A stretch of DNA of 64,000 nt from Acidimicrobiales bacterium (GTDB taxonomy: Bacteria; Actinomycetota; Acidimicrobiia; Acidimicrobiales; DATDAH01): NCBI GenBank assembly GCA_041908445.1, contig JAYRFK010000008.1, positions 90,583 to 154,582 on the forward strand. Reading direction: 5' to 3'. Positions 16,194-25,994 of the stretch are shown here, piece by piece. The notes under the pieces were generated by a model. It was given only the letters and a program-made list of their open reading frames with translations. It was not told where the DNA came from and searched no databases. The number at the start of each line of letters is the position of its first letter. Position 1 is the first letter of the stretch. Made by a program: the position numbers and the translations under genes.

Positions 16194-16940
16194 TCAGGTC
16201 GGCTGGATCTCCTCGACGTCGAGGCGGAGGTCGCCGGCGTCGAAGGTGGAAAGCACCTCGTCGACGTCGGCGCCGAGGAGCAGGGCCCGGGCCAGCCGGC
16301 CCTTGGCGGCCTTCGCGTTGTGGCCGCCGGCGGCGCCACTCGTGGTGCGCAGTTCCGGGCGCAAGAGTCGGTAGCGGGACGGGTCGGGGACCCACGCCGC
16401 CCGGTGCTCGATGGGCAGCAGGTCCACCACCGTCCGCCGCCGGCAGTGCCGGTTCAGCACGTCCGAGAGCGGCGCGCGCCAGAAGGCGTCGAGCCGCCCG
16501 AGCGGGTCGAGGCGCACCGACAGCTTGAGGCGGAAGTCGGGGACCGGGTCGTCCCACGCCGAGAGCCCGGTCAGCGCCGACACCACGACGACCGACGTGC
16601 GGGCACGGCGGCGGGCGGGCGCCGGCAGGTCGTGCGGCCCCAGGGCGTCCCAGACCACGCCCGTGAAGCGCTCGAACGCCTTCAGCGTCGGCGCCCCCAG
16701 GACGGCCCGGTTCGCCTCCCGCGCCCGGTCCAGCAGGTCGCCCTTGGCGCCGAGCAGCTTGGCGTCGCCGCCACCTGCGGCCGCGAGCGCCTCGGCCACC
16801 CGCCGGCGCTCGTCGGCCAGCGCGCCGAAGCGGCCCTGGTCGGGCGCCCAGGCGGTGCCGTCGACCCCGCCCGGGTCCTTGCCCTCCGACGGGGGGAGCA
16901 GGATGGTCAGCACCGCCCGATCATGGCCGCGCCACCGCAT
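16194..16940 (-). CDS. yaaA: YaaA (UPF0246/DUF328) peroxide-stress family protein
   Basis: The N-terminus VLTILLPPSEGK is the family hallmark. AFERFTGVVWDAL, GLSAWDDPVPDFRLKL and GHNAKAAKG also fit. The start may be GTG 16913 instead of 16940. Confidence 0.8.
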   Translation of the reverse strand: MRWRGHDRAVLTILLPPSEGKDPGGVDGTAWAPDQGRFGALADERRRVAEALAAAGGGDAKLLGAKGDLLDRAREANRAVLGAPTLKAFERFTGVVWDALGPHDLPAPARRRARTSVVVVSALTGLSAWDDPVPDFRLKLSVRLDPLGRLDAFWRAPLSDVLNRHCRRRTVVDLLPIEHRAAWVPDPSRYRLLRPELRTTSGAAGGHNAKAAKGRLARALLLGADVDEVLSTFDAGDLRLDVEEIQPT

Positions 16941-16998
16941 TCCGGCGGAACCCGGAGGGTGGGCTAGGTTGCGAATTCCCCGATCCCGGAGGTTCGAC

Positions 16999-17400
16999 GT
17001 GGCCGAACAGGTCCCCCTGGTGGACTACCTGGTGCTGGGCGACGAGCCCCACCTGCAGGCGAACGAGTGCACCGCGTGCGGCGCCCGCTTCTTCGACCGG
17101 CGCAACGCGTGCGCCTCCTGCGGCAAGACCGAGTTCACGAAGGCCGACATCCCCACCGAGGGCGTGTTGCGGTCCTTCACCATCGTGGCCTTCGCCGCCC
17201 CCGGCATCCCGGTGCCGTTCGTGGCCGGCATCGTCGACTGCGGCGGCACCCACGTGCGGGGCAACGTCGTCGACGTCGAGCCCGACGCCGACCACGTCAG
17301 CCTCGGCATGAAGGTCAAGCTGACCACCTTCCCGATCGGCGAGGACAGCGCCGGCACCGAAGCGATCGGCTTCGGCTTCGCACCCCTGGAGGCGAACTGA
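16999..17400 (+). CDS. DUF35 OB-fold / zinc-ribbon protein (thiolase partner)
   Basis: The zinc-ribbon CTACGARFFDRRNACASCG is followed by an OB-fold. TGATG junction with the downstream thiolase-like gene. Confidence 0.8.
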   Translation: MAEQVPLVDYLVLGDEPHLQANECTACGARFFDRRNACASCGKTEFTKADIPTEGVLRSFTIVAFAAPGIPVPFVAGIVDCGGTHVRGNVVDVEPDADHVSLGMKVKLTTFPIGEDSAGTEAIGFGFAPLEAN

Positions 17401-18602
17401 TGGCAAGTGACGACATCTGGATCCTCGGCATCACCATGACCAAGTTCGGCAAGCGGCCGGAGGACGACGTGGTCGACCTCGCCGCCGAGGCCGCGCTGGG
17501 CGCGCTCGCCGACGGCGGCGTGACCATCCAGGACATGGGCGTGCTCGCCGCCGGCAACCTCATGGGCGCCGCCGCCGGCATCGGCCAGCAGCTCCAGAAG
17601 CAGATCGGCCAGACCGGCATCCCCGTCTACAACGTGGCCAACGCCTGTGCCACCGGCGCCACCGCCCTGCGGACGGCGATCATGGCCGTGAAGGCGGGCG
17701 AGTGCGACATGGGCCTCGCCGTCGGCGTGGAGAAGCTCGCCGGCGCCGGTCTGCTGTCGGGCGGGTCCCGCAAGGACGACGCCGACACTTGGACGCCGAA
17801 GGGCCGCTACGGCGCCGTCGCCCCGATCGACGGGCGCATCGGCACCGAGATCATGCCGGGCGTGTTCGCCCAGGTCGGCATGGAGTACGGCTACGAGCAC
17901 GGGGGCGCCACCTTCGAGCTGTTCGCCCGCATCAGCGAGAAGAACCACTCGCACTCCACGCTGAACCCGCTGGCCGCCTACTCGAAGGCCATGACCCTCG
18001 AGGAGATCATGGGCGACATCATGATCGCCTACCCGAACACCCGGCCCATGTGCTCGGCCAACTGCGACGGTGCCGCCGCCGCGGTGGTCGTCTCCGACGC
18101 CAAGCTCAAGACCCTCGACCCCGACCAGCGCCGCCGGGCGGTCAAGGTGTCGGCCTCGGTGCTCACCAGCGACCCGTGGGACGAGGGCTGCCAGCAGCTG
18201 CCCAACGTCAACACCCTCACCCGTCGGGCGGCGACGCAGGCCTACGAGCAGGCCGGCGTCGGCCCCGAGGACCTCGACCTCGTCGAGCTCCACGACTGCT
18301 TCGCCACCGCCGAGCTCGTCCACTACGACAACCTGCAGCTCTGCGCCCCCGGCGAGGCGGTGCCGTTCTTCGAGTCCGGCGCCACGTGGCGCACCGGCTC
18401 GACCCCGGTGAACGTGTCGGGCGGCCTCGAGTCGAAGGGCCACCCGATCGCCGCCACGGGCATCGCCAACATCTGGGAGGTGTGCCACCACCTCCGCGGT
18501 GAGGCCGGCCCCCGTCAGATCGAGGGCGCCAAGGTGGGCCTGGCCCACGTGATCGGCCTCGGCTCGGCCTGCGGCGTGCACATCCTCGAGAAGGCCGCCT
18601 GA
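17400..18602 (+). CDS. Thiolase-like protein (SCP-x / lipid-transfer Ltp type)
   Basis: NVANACATGATAL carries the active-site Cys. ELHDCFA and VNVSGGLESKGHPIAATG are also present. The pairing with DUF35 is typical. Confidence 0.85.
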   Translation: MASDDIWILGITMTKFGKRPEDDVVDLAAEAALGALADGGVTIQDMGVLAAGNLMGAAAGIGQQLQKQIGQTGIPVYNVANACATGATALRTAIMAVKAGECDMGLAVGVEKLAGAGLLSGGSRKDDADTWTPKGRYGAVAPIDGRIGTEIMPGVFAQVGMEYGYEHGGATFELFARISEKNHSHSTLNPLAAYSKAMTLEEIMGDIMIAYPNTRPMCSANCDGAAAAVVVSDAKLKTLDPDQRRRAVKVSASVLTSDPWDEGCQQLPNVNTLTRRAATQAYEQAGVGPEDLDLVELHDCFATAELVHYDNLQLCAPGEAVPFFESGATWRTGSTPVNVSGGLESKGHPIAATGIANIWEVCHHLRGEAGPRQIEGAKVGLAHVIGLGSACGVHILEKAA

Positions 18603-18782
18603 CCCCTGCCGGCTACGCGCCAGCACCACGTCGGCGCTGACGTCCTGGCCCGATCGACGGCGGGGTCAGGTGCTGTGGTCCGAGGCGCCGACGCGGCCGC
18701 TCCGGTGCGGTCCCGACGCAGGTCGGGGGTCGGAGGTCGTGCTGCCGTGCCCGTCGGTCACCGGTGAGGGAGACTGACGGCC

Positions 18783-20429
18783 GTGGCGACGGTGTCGATG
18801 GACGAGCATCCCGCAGTCGCGTGGGGGGAGGTGGACCGTCCGCCACCGGCGGCGCCCAGGGTCCCGTCGGCCTTCATCGGCGCGGTGGCCGGTGTGACGA
18901 TCGCGGGGTTTCTCGTGTGGCGGGGTCACGCGACCGCGGCGGCGGTGCTGGTCGCGGTCGCCATGGCGCTCCTGGTGGTGCGCCACTTCGTGCCGAGCGT
19001 CGATCGCCGGGTCGCGTGGGCCCTGGTCGGTGTCGGCCACGTGGCGGGCCGTGCTCTCGCCTTCGTGGCGTTGGGGCTCGTCATGGTGCTGGTGGTCGTG
19101 CCGGTGTGGGTGCTGGCCCATGCCCTGCGTTGGGACACCCTCGATCCCTCGGAAGACCACGGGAGCTGGGCCCCTCGGTCGCTCCGCTTCTGGGACGCGC
19201 TCCCGCACCGCGGATTCGTCAGGGAGCGTCGTCGCCCGCGCCGCTCCAGCCCGCGGGCGCTCGCCGTCGCCGCCCTTCCGCTGGCGCTGCTGGGGATGGT
19301 GGCGTTCGGCTTCCGCGATCAAGTGCTCGGGCTCGGGGACCGACTGGTGCCCGGTTCGCCCTTCCTCGGTGACGATTCGTCGGCGTCGGCACCCGTGGTC
19401 GGTCCCCGGACCGAGCTCACGACCACGTTGGACACCATTGCGTTCCCCACCGGCGACGGACCCGACGGGGAGCCCCGGGACGGACGCCTGGGCCTCGGCG
19501 ACGCGCCCTGGGTGGCGCAGTACATCTCCGAGTACTTCCCCCTTCCCCTGCTCTACGACTCGTACCTGACGGTTCGGGTCGGCGACACTTCGGGTGAGTA
19601 CGTGAACGTCGCCTCGAGGGTGCGCCGCAGCTACACGCCGCCCGGTGCGTCGGCTGCCGACGACGGACTGGACGTGTGGTTCTTCGGTTCCTCGGCGCTG
19701 TTCGGGCAGGGTCAACGTGACGATCACACCATCCCGTCGGAGGTGGCCCGCCTCGCCGAGCGCGATGGGGTCGACCTTCGGGTGCAGAACTTCGGTGTGC
19801 CCGGTTACCGCGCTTGGCAGGACGCGATCCTGATGGGCCAGATGCTGAGCGAGCGCCCCGCTCCGGACCTCATCGTGATGTACGAGGGCTTCAACGACGT
19901 CATGTCCACCTTGCTCCCCGGTTCGCGCACCGAGGTGGACGCCGGGTGGTCGGACGACGTCCGCCGGGCGCTCCGAGAGTCGGGCGCGGCGATCGGGGGC
20001 ACCACCGACGAGGATGATCCCATCGCCCGAACCAACGGAACATCACCCGAGAACGCCGCGGTCGTGTTCAACCGCTCGGCGCAGTTCGCGCGGGACATCG
20101 CGGGTGCGCGAGGGGTGCCGATCGTCCAGTTCCTCCAACCGTCGGTCTGGACCCGCGATCTGGCGGTCGACGACGCCACCCTCGCCAACGTCGGCGCGGA
20201 CCGGGAGTGGCACGACAGCTTCGGCGCGGTGTGGAACCAGGCCCGTGCACTCATGGCTGTTGACGGCGTGGTCGACCTCGGGGACAGCCTCGACGAGCTG
20301 GACGAGCTCGTCTACGAGGACCTCGCGCACCACAACGAGCACGCCGCGCGCGTGGTCGCCGAGGCGATGTATGCGAGCCTCGCCCCTCGCCTCGATCGCC
20401 TGACGGTCGAGCAGGGGGCGGACGGCTGA
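18783..20429 (+). CDS. Membrane-anchored SGNH/GDSL-like hydrolase
   Basis: The N-terminal region has about 4 TM helices. Block I-like sequence is VWFFGSSALFGQG, and MYEGFNDV is also present. The C-terminal DLAHHNE is the DxxH-type block V. Confidence 0.6.
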   Translation: MATVSMDEHPAVAWGEVDRPPPAAPRVPSAFIGAVAGVTIAGFLVWRGHATAAAVLVAVAMALLVVRHFVPSVDRRVAWALVGVGHVAGRALAFVALGLVMVLVVVPVWVLAHALRWDTLDPSEDHGSWAPRSLRFWDALPHRGFVRERRRPRRSSPRALAVAALPLALLGMVAFGFRDQVLGLGDRLVPGSPFLGDDSSASAPVVGPRTELTTTLDTIAFPTGDGPDGEPRDGRLGLGDAPWVAQYISEYFPLPLLYDSYLTVRVGDTSGEYVNVASRVRRSYTPPGASAADDGLDVWFFGSSALFGQGQRDDHTIPSEVARLAERDGVDLRVQNFGVPGYRAWQDAILMGQMLSERPAPDLIVMYEGFNDVMSTLLPGSRTEVDAGWSDDVRRALRESGAAIGGTTDEDDPIARTNGTSPENAAVVFNRSAQFARDIAGARGVPIVQFLQPSVWTRDLAVDDATLANVGADREWHDSFGAVWNQARALMAVDGVVDLGDSLDELDELVYEDLAHHNEHAARVVAEAMYASLAPRLDRLTVEQGADG

Positions 20430-20464
20430 GGCCTCGGGCGCAGGTAACCGAAGGGCAACGGTGG

Positions 20465-21844
20465 TCAGGGGGGCGGTGCCGGTCCGGGTGAAGGGGAGTC
20501 GAGGGGCGCCGCCGGGAAGTGGTCGACGTTGCGCAGAGCCGGGAAGAACACCCACCAGCCGGCGGCGATGACCACGGTGGCGATGCCGCCGAGCACCACG
20601 GCACCGCCGGCGCCGAGGAACTGGCCGGCCACGCCCGACTCGAAGGCGCCGAGCTCGTTCGAGCCGCCGATGAAGACGTTCTCCACCGCCAGCACGCGGC
20701 CCCGCTTGTCGCTCGGCGTCACGAGGGGCACGAGGGTCGCTCTGATGAACACGCTCACCGCGTCGGCGCCGGAGAGCACGAGCATGGCGATGAACGCCAC
20801 GGCGTAGCTGGTCGTGGCGCCGAGCACCATGGTCCCGAGGCCGAAGATGGCGACGACCACGAGCAGGATGCGGCCCACGTTGCGGGTGAGCGGGTGCCGC
20901 GCGAGCCGCAGGGTGACCGCGCCGGCGCCGATGCCGCCGGCGGCGCGCAGCCACCCGAGCCCGACGGGACCGACGCCCAGTCGGGTCTCGGCGATGGCGG
21001 GCAGCAGGGCGATGGCGCCACCGAAGAGCACCGCGAAGAGGTCGAGGGAGATGGCGCCGAGCAGCACCGGTGTCCTGCGGATGAAGCGCAGGCCCTCCAG
21101 CGCCTCGTGGCCCATGCGGGCCGGCACCACGGTCGCCGCCGGGGCCTCCAGTGCCTCGACCGCCGACGCGTCGACGATCTCGTCGAGCACGGGAGCACCC
21201 CGCAGCATGGTCTCCTGGGCCTCGGCGGCCCCGGAGACCGGGTGGTGGGCCTCGGGCCGAAGGCGCACGAGGCTGACCGAGACGGCGGCGGTCACGAGCA
21301 GCACCGCCATGGCCACGTAGGGCAGGGCTACGTCGACGGCGTAGAGCGTGCCGCCCAGCACCGGGCCGAAGATGATGGCGACCTGCCAGGTGGCCGCGTG
21401 GCGGGCGGTGAGCCAGGGCAGGTCCTCCGGCGCCATCAGGTCGGCGGGCAGCGAGCGGGAGGTCGGCGCCACGAAGGCCCGGGCGGTGCCGAAGGCCACC
21501 ACCATCACGAAGATGGGTGCGACGGCGGTCGGGTCGGACGCGGCGTACCAGGCCAGGGCGATGGCCACCGCGCCTTCGGCCAGGGCGCCCATTGCGGTGA
21601 CGCGACGCCGGTCGTAGCGGTCGGCCACCGACCCGGTGACGAGCACGAGCAGGAGGGCGGGGGCGAACTCGGCGAGGCCGAGGAGGCCGAGGTCGATCTC
21701 GCGTCCCGTCAGGTCGAACACCTGGATGCCGAGCGCCGTCACGCCGGCGAAGGCCGCCGACGAGGCGCAGAACACGCTCAGGAGCAGTGCGGTGACCGAC
21801 CGGTCCCAGCGGGGCCCCGTCTCCTCGATCGTCGGCTCGGTCAC
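20465..21844 (-). CDS. MFS transporter (MFS_3 / EntS-like)
   Basis: About 12 hydrophobic helices. GSVADRYDRRRV is the MFS loop 2-3 motif. Confidence 0.85.
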   Translation of the reverse strand: MTEPTIEETGPRWDRSVTALLLSVFCASSAAFAGVTALGIQVFDLTGREIDLGLLGLAEFAPALLLVLVTGSVADRYDRRRVTAMGALAEGAVAIALAWYAASDPTAVAPIFVMVVAFGTARAFVAPTSRSLPADLMAPEDLPWLTARHAATWQVAIIFGPVLGGTLYAVDVALPYVAMAVLLVTAAVSVSLVRLRPEAHHPVSGAAEAQETMLRGAPVLDEIVDASAVEALEAPAATVVPARMGHEALEGLRFIRRTPVLLGAISLDLFAVLFGGAIALLPAIAETRLGVGPVGLGWLRAAGGIGAGAVTLRLARHPLTRNVGRILLVVVAIFGLGTMVLGATTSYAVAFIAMLVLSGADAVSVFIRATLVPLVTPSDKRGRVLAVENVFIGGSNELGAFESGVAGQFLGAGGAVVLGGIATVVIAAGWWVFFPALRNVDHFPAAPLDSPSPGPAPPP

Positions 21845-21980
21845 CGGCGCATCATGGCGGGAGTGCCCCGGTACGGCGAATCCCTTTCACGGCTCGGCTC
21901 GTGCCGGCACCCGATGTGGGGGCCCTGACCGGTCGACCCGGTGCCGGAACACCCGCGCCGGCCGTCGACCTAGACCTAGC

Positions 21981-22784
21981 GTGTCGGGCGTGCCCCTCGC
22001 CGCGTTGAACGGGATCGACGTCTACTACGAGCGGCGGGGGAGCGGGCCCCGCACGCTGTTCGTCAACGGCTCGGGATCGACCCTGGAGGAGGCGGCGCTG
22101 ATCGTCGACGTGCTCGCCGGCGGGTGCGAGGTGCTCGCCCACGACCAGCGGGGCCTCGGCCGGACGTCGATCCCGCCCGGCCCGTACTCGATGGCCGACT
22201 ACGCGGCCGACGCCATCGCGCTGCTCGACCACGTCGGCTGGGACCGGGCACGGGTCGTGGGCATCAGCTTCGGGGGCATGGTCGCCCAGGAGGTGGCGGT
22301 GACGGTGCCCGAGCGGGTCGAGCGCCTGGCGCTGCTGTGCACGTCGCCGGGCGGACCCGACCGGGCCTCGTACCCCCTGCACGAGCTCGCCGACCTGCCG
22401 CCCGACGAGGCGGCGGCGACGGGCCTCGCCCTCCTCGACACCCGCTTCACGCCCGAGTGGCTGGCGTCGCACCCGAGCGACCAGGCCCTGGTCGAGATGG
22501 TGGCGAGCCGGCGGGCGGGGTCCGACGATCCCGAGGTGGCGCGCGGCAAGGGGGAGCAGCTCGGTGCCCGGGCCGGCCACGACGTGTGCGACCGGCTGGA
22601 TCGCATCACCTGCCCGACCCTCGTGGCCGGCGGCCGGTACGACGGCATCGCCCCGCCGGCCAACAGCGAGGCCATCGCGGAGCGCATCGCCGGCGCCGAC
22701 CTGCGCTTCTACGAGGGCGGCCACGCCTTCCTGGCCCAGGACCCTGCGGCCTTCCCCGACGTGCTCGACTTCCTCACCGGCTGA
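21981..22784 (+). CDS. Alpha/beta-fold hydrolase
   Basis: HDQRGLGRT, the nucleophile elbow VGISFGGMVA, and a C-terminal GGHAF are present. The start is GTG 21981 or 21990. Confidence 0.8.
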   Translation: MSGVPLAALNGIDVYYERRGSGPRTLFVNGSGSTLEEAALIVDVLAGGCEVLAHDQRGLGRTSIPPGPYSMADYAADAIALLDHVGWDRARVVGISFGGMVAQEVAVTVPERVERLALLCTSPGGPDRASYPLHELADLPPDEAAATGLALLDTRFTPEWLASHPSDQALVEMVASRRAGSDDPEVARGKGEQLGARAGHDVCDRLDRITCPTLVAGGRYDGIAPPANSEAIAERIAGADLRFYEGGHAFLAQDPAAFPDVLDFLTG

Positions 22785-23913
22785 CCTCTCCACTGAGCCG
22801 GACCAGACCCACGTTCGGTGGGGCCAGGAAGCGCACCTGGGGCGCGCCCTGCTGCTCGTGGCCCACGCCGTGGCTCACGTACACGGGCGTGCCGCCCACC
22901 TCGTGCAGGCCGCCGGCGGCGACGGCGCGCGGCACGTCGCTCAGGGTCAGGAGCGGCCCGACGAAGGGCAGCTGGATCTGCCCGCCGTGGGTGTGGCCGG
23001 CGACCATCAGGTCCACCGCTCCCGGGGTGGGAGGTACCTCGGTGATCCAGTCGGGGCGGTGGGTGAGGGCGAGGCGGACGGTCGACGGTGGCGCCGCCGC
23101 CAGCTCGGCCAGTGCCGCCCGGCCCTCGTGTCCCCGACCGAGGCCGAGGCCGGCGATGCGCACGGTGCGGTCTCCGACCCGGATGTCCACCACCTGGTTC
23201 CACAGGTAGGTGACCGACGTGCCTTCGAAGAGCTGGGCGAGGGTGGGACCGTCGTCGGTGTCGCCCTGGACCACGTACACCCCGCCGGGCACGTCCAGGC
23301 CCGTGAACAGGTCGCGGAGGGCCTCCCGGTTGGCCGCGAACTGGCTCGGCGTCCCCTGGAAGAGGTCCCCGCACACGAAGACGATGTCCGGGTGCTCCTC
23401 CTGGAGCAGGCGCAGGGCCCGGCGCTCGTACCCGCTGATGGCGGTGGTCTGGAGGTCGGTGACCACCCCGACGCGCAGGACGTCGCCACCGGCGCGTGGG
23501 GCGGGAAGGGGGAGTGCGGCGCGGTCGACGGACACGGCGTAGGGCTCGACGTGGGTGGCGTAGAAGCCGAGGAGCGGGGCGGTCACGAGCACCAGCACAG
23601 CGAGGGCCGAGGCGATCGTGCCGAGACGGGGCAGGCCCCACCGTCGTCCCACCAGCCCGCCGACGAGCAGGGACAGCGCGATCAGCGGCAGGGCGACCAC
23701 GAGGTCGAGGTACACGACCGACATGGCATCGAAGTGGTTGCCGCCGAGGGCCACCACGACCGCGAGCTGGACCACGCCGATGAGCACGGCGAGGCCGAGC
23801 TCGAAGGCCGCCGCCTCGACGCCGTGGTGGCGGCGGGCGGTGGCCCACACCCCGCCCACGAAGACGGGAACCGCCAGCAGGGCCAGCAGGAGGCTCAGCG
23901 TCGACGTGGCCAC
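22774..23913 (-). CDS. Membrane metallophosphoesterase (YkuE-like)
   Basis: N-terminal TM helices are followed by the MPP motifs VVTDLQ, VCGDLF and VAGHTHGGQ. Confidence 0.8.
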   Translation of the reverse strand: MATSTLSLLLALLAVPVFVGGVWATARRHHGVEAAAFELGLAVLIGVVQLAVVVALGGNHFDAMSVVYLDLVVALPLIALSLLVGGLVGRRWGLPRLGTIASALAVLVLVTAPLLGFYATHVEPYAVSVDRAALPLPAPRAGGDVLRVGVVTDLQTTAISGYERRALRLLQEEHPDIVFVCGDLFQGTPSQFAANREALRDLFTGLDVPGGVYVVQGDTDDGPTLAQLFEGTSVTYLWNQVVDIRVGDRTVRIAGLGLGRGHEGRAALAELAAAPPSTVRLALTHRPDWITEVPPTPGAVDLMVAGHTHGGQIQLPFVGPLLTLSDVPRAVAAGGLHEVGGTPVYVSHGVGHEQQGAPQVRFLAPPNVGLVRLSGEVSR

Positions 23914-23978
23914 GGACGGTCGACTCTACGGCGACCACCGGTGGCCCGGGGAGGTCGTCGTCGGGTAGAGAGGACGCC

Positions 23979-24263
23979 ATGGACGAGCCCGAGGTGCGCC
24001 ACGACCCGGAGCAGCGGCGCTACGAGCTCGTCCTCGACGGGTCGGTGATCGGCCTGATCGACTACCGGGAGCAGGGTGGCGCGGACGTCTTCACGCACAC
24101 CGAGGTCGCTCCCGCCCACCGGGGCACCGGGCTCGCCGCCGTGCTCGTGCGGGCCGCGCTCGACGACGCCCGCGCCCGCGGTCGGACGGTCGTGCCGCAG
24201 TGCTGGTACGTCGCCGACTTCATCCGGGACCACCCGGAGTACGAGGACCTGCTGGCCGCCTGA
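23979..24263 (+). CDS. Small GNAT-family N-acetyltransferase (YjdJ-like)
   Basis: 94 aa. Supporting sequence: RYELVLDGSVIGLIDY, HTEVAPAHRGTGLAAVLV and VPQCWYV. Confidence 0.75.
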   Translation: MDEPEVRHDPEQRRYELVLDGSVIGLIDYREQGGADVFTHTEVAPAHRGTGLAAVLVRAALDDARARGRTVVPQCWYVADFIRDHPEYEDLLAA

Positions 24264-25166
24264 TCAGACGGGGGCGACGGCCGCCTCGGCGTCGAGCTCG
24301 CTCATGCGCTCGTCCCGTCGGCCCGCCAGCCAGCAGCCGGCCAGCACGACCGGGAAGCCGAGCACGAGGCCGAGGGTGAGGCTCTCGCCCAGGACGATCA
24401 CGCCGAGGGTGACGGCCACGGCGGGGTTCGCGAAGGTGATCAGGGTGGAGCGGGCGGGCCCGACCTCGTCGATCAGGGCGAAGAAGACGACGAAGGCGAT
24501 CGCGGTGCACAGCACGCCGAGGGCCACGAGGGCCCAGAGCGCGTCGGCGGGTGGGGTGGCGTCGGGGCGCTGGACGATCGCCGCCGGCAGGTAGAGGAAG
24601 GCCACGCCGCCGATGGCGGTGGTGACCACGCCCAGCGTCGGCACGTCGGACAGCCGCCGGTCGGCCACGAACGGGGCGGTGGCGTAGAGCACGGCCACGA
24701 TCAGCACCTGGACCACGCTGCGCACGTCGATGGTGCCGCCCTCGCCCCCGAAGCCGACGAGCAGGCCCACGCCGGCGATGCCGAGGGCGAGGCCCCCGAG
24801 GCGACGGGGGGCCAGCACCGTGCGGTCGCCGAGCACGAGCGCGGCGATGGCGCCGAAGAGGGGGACCGTGGCGACGAGCAGCCCCGTCAGCGAGGACGGC
24901 AGCCGCTGCTCGGCGTCGGTGAGCAGGAGCCAGGGGACGGCCATCTCCATGGTGGCGAAGAGCACCAGCCACGGCCACCGGGCGAGCGCGGGGCGCAGCG
25001 CCTTGCGGTGCAGCGCGACCGGCAGCAGCAGGACGAAGGCGATCATGGTGCGCCCCGCGACGACCACGCTGGGGTCGAGGTCCTCGACCGCGATCTTGAT
25101 GAAGAGGTAGGGGAGCCCCCAGATCACCGACATCGCGGTGAAGAGGAGCCAGCCGCGCCGGGACAT
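24264..25166 (-). CDS. EamA/DMT-family transporter
   Basis: 10 hydrophobic helices in two EamA-like halves. The start MSRRGWLLFTAMSVIWGLPYLFIK fits the family. Confidence 0.85.
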   Translation of the reverse strand: MSRRGWLLFTAMSVIWGLPYLFIKIAVEDLDPSVVVAGRTMIAFVLLLPVALHRKALRPALARWPWLVLFATMEMAVPWLLLTDAEQRLPSSLTGLLVATVPLFGAIAALVLGDRTVLAPRRLGGLALGIAGVGLLVGFGGEGGTIDVRSVVQVLIVAVLYATAPFVADRRLSDVPTLGVVTTAIGGVAFLYLPAAIVQRPDATPPADALWALVALGVLCTAIAFVVFFALIDEVGPARSTLITFANPAVAVTLGVIVLGESLTLGLVLGFPVVLAGCWLAGRRDERMSELDAEAAVAPV

Positions 25167-25171
25167 CCCCG

Positions 25172-25804
25172 TTACCAGCGCTCGGCCGGCGCCGGCACGG
25201 TCACGTGGATCTCCTCGCCGAGGGTGGCGCCGGCGGCGAGCTCGAGCCGGTCACCGCTCCAGAAGCGCCCCGGGTCGTACCAGTTGAGCGGGCGCTCGGC
25301 GTCGAGCAGGCCCATGCGCTGGTAGGTCATGGCCACCAGCTCGGCGCAGTAGATGTCCTCCAGGGGCACGCCGCGGCGCACCCGACCGAGCAGCCAGTGC
25401 TTGGCCAGCGCGCCGGTGCGGGGGAAGCGGTGGCCGTCGAACTCGTTCACCACCCGCAGGACCTCGTCCTCCATCTCGCGGGTGACGGGGTGGTCGAGCT
25501 GGCGGAAGTAGGGGGTCTGGCCGTACTGGTGGACCCAGGTCATCACCGCGTCCTCGAGGCGGTGGAGCTGGGCGCCCCGGTGGGGCTCGCCGGTCCAGGC
25601 GTCGGGCAGCGACTGGCCCAGCTCGGCGTGCCACAGCAGCGGGGGGAGGTCGTCGATGGTGACCGCCATGGCCACGTGGTTCACCGGGCTGTTGGTGAAC
25701 ACCCGGATGGCCCGGTCGGCGGCGGCGCGCCCCCGGAACAGCCACAGGTCGCCCGTGTGGGTGACGTCGGCCGCCTCGTGGAGGGGCATGGTCGAGACGG
25801 GCAT
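25172..25804 (-). CDS. Permuted papain-like (YaeF/YiiX, C92-type) amidase family protein
   Basis: TGDLWLFRG, SPVNHVAM (His) and a later YCAELV (Cys) appear in the permuted order. It ends 5 nt upstream of the EamA gene. Confidence 0.55.
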   Translation of the reverse strand: MPVSTMPLHEAADVTHTGDLWLFRGRAAADRAIRVFTNSPVNHVAMAVTIDDLPPLLWHAELGQSLPDAWTGEPHRGAQLHRLEDAVMTWVHQYGQTPYFRQLDHPVTREMEDEVLRVVNEFDGHRFPRTGALAKHWLLGRVRRGVPLEDIYCAELVAMTYQRMGLLDAERPLNWYDPGRFWSGDRLELAAGATLGEEIHVTVPAPAERW

Positions 25805-25823
25805 CGGGGGTACGTTACGTGTC

Positions 25824-25985
25824 GTGCGCCTCTGGAAGCTCCTCGGGATCGCAGGCCTCGTGGGCGTCGCCGCGACGGGCTACGTGCTCGTCCGCCGGCG
25901 CCGCCAGTGGCGCCACTACGACGCCGACGAGCTGCGCGACCGCCTCCGCGGCCGCCTGGCCGAGGCCGACGGCCGCGCCGCCTAG
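25824..25985 (+). CDS. Small single-TM hypothetical protein (53 aa)
   Basis: GTG start. A TM helix (LLGIAGLVGVAATGYVLV) is followed by a basic/acidic tail. Confidence 0.4.
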   Translation: MRLWKLLGIAGLVGVAATGYVLVRRRRQWRHYDADELRDRLRGRLAEADGRAA

Positions 25986-25994
25986 GCCCCTCTC

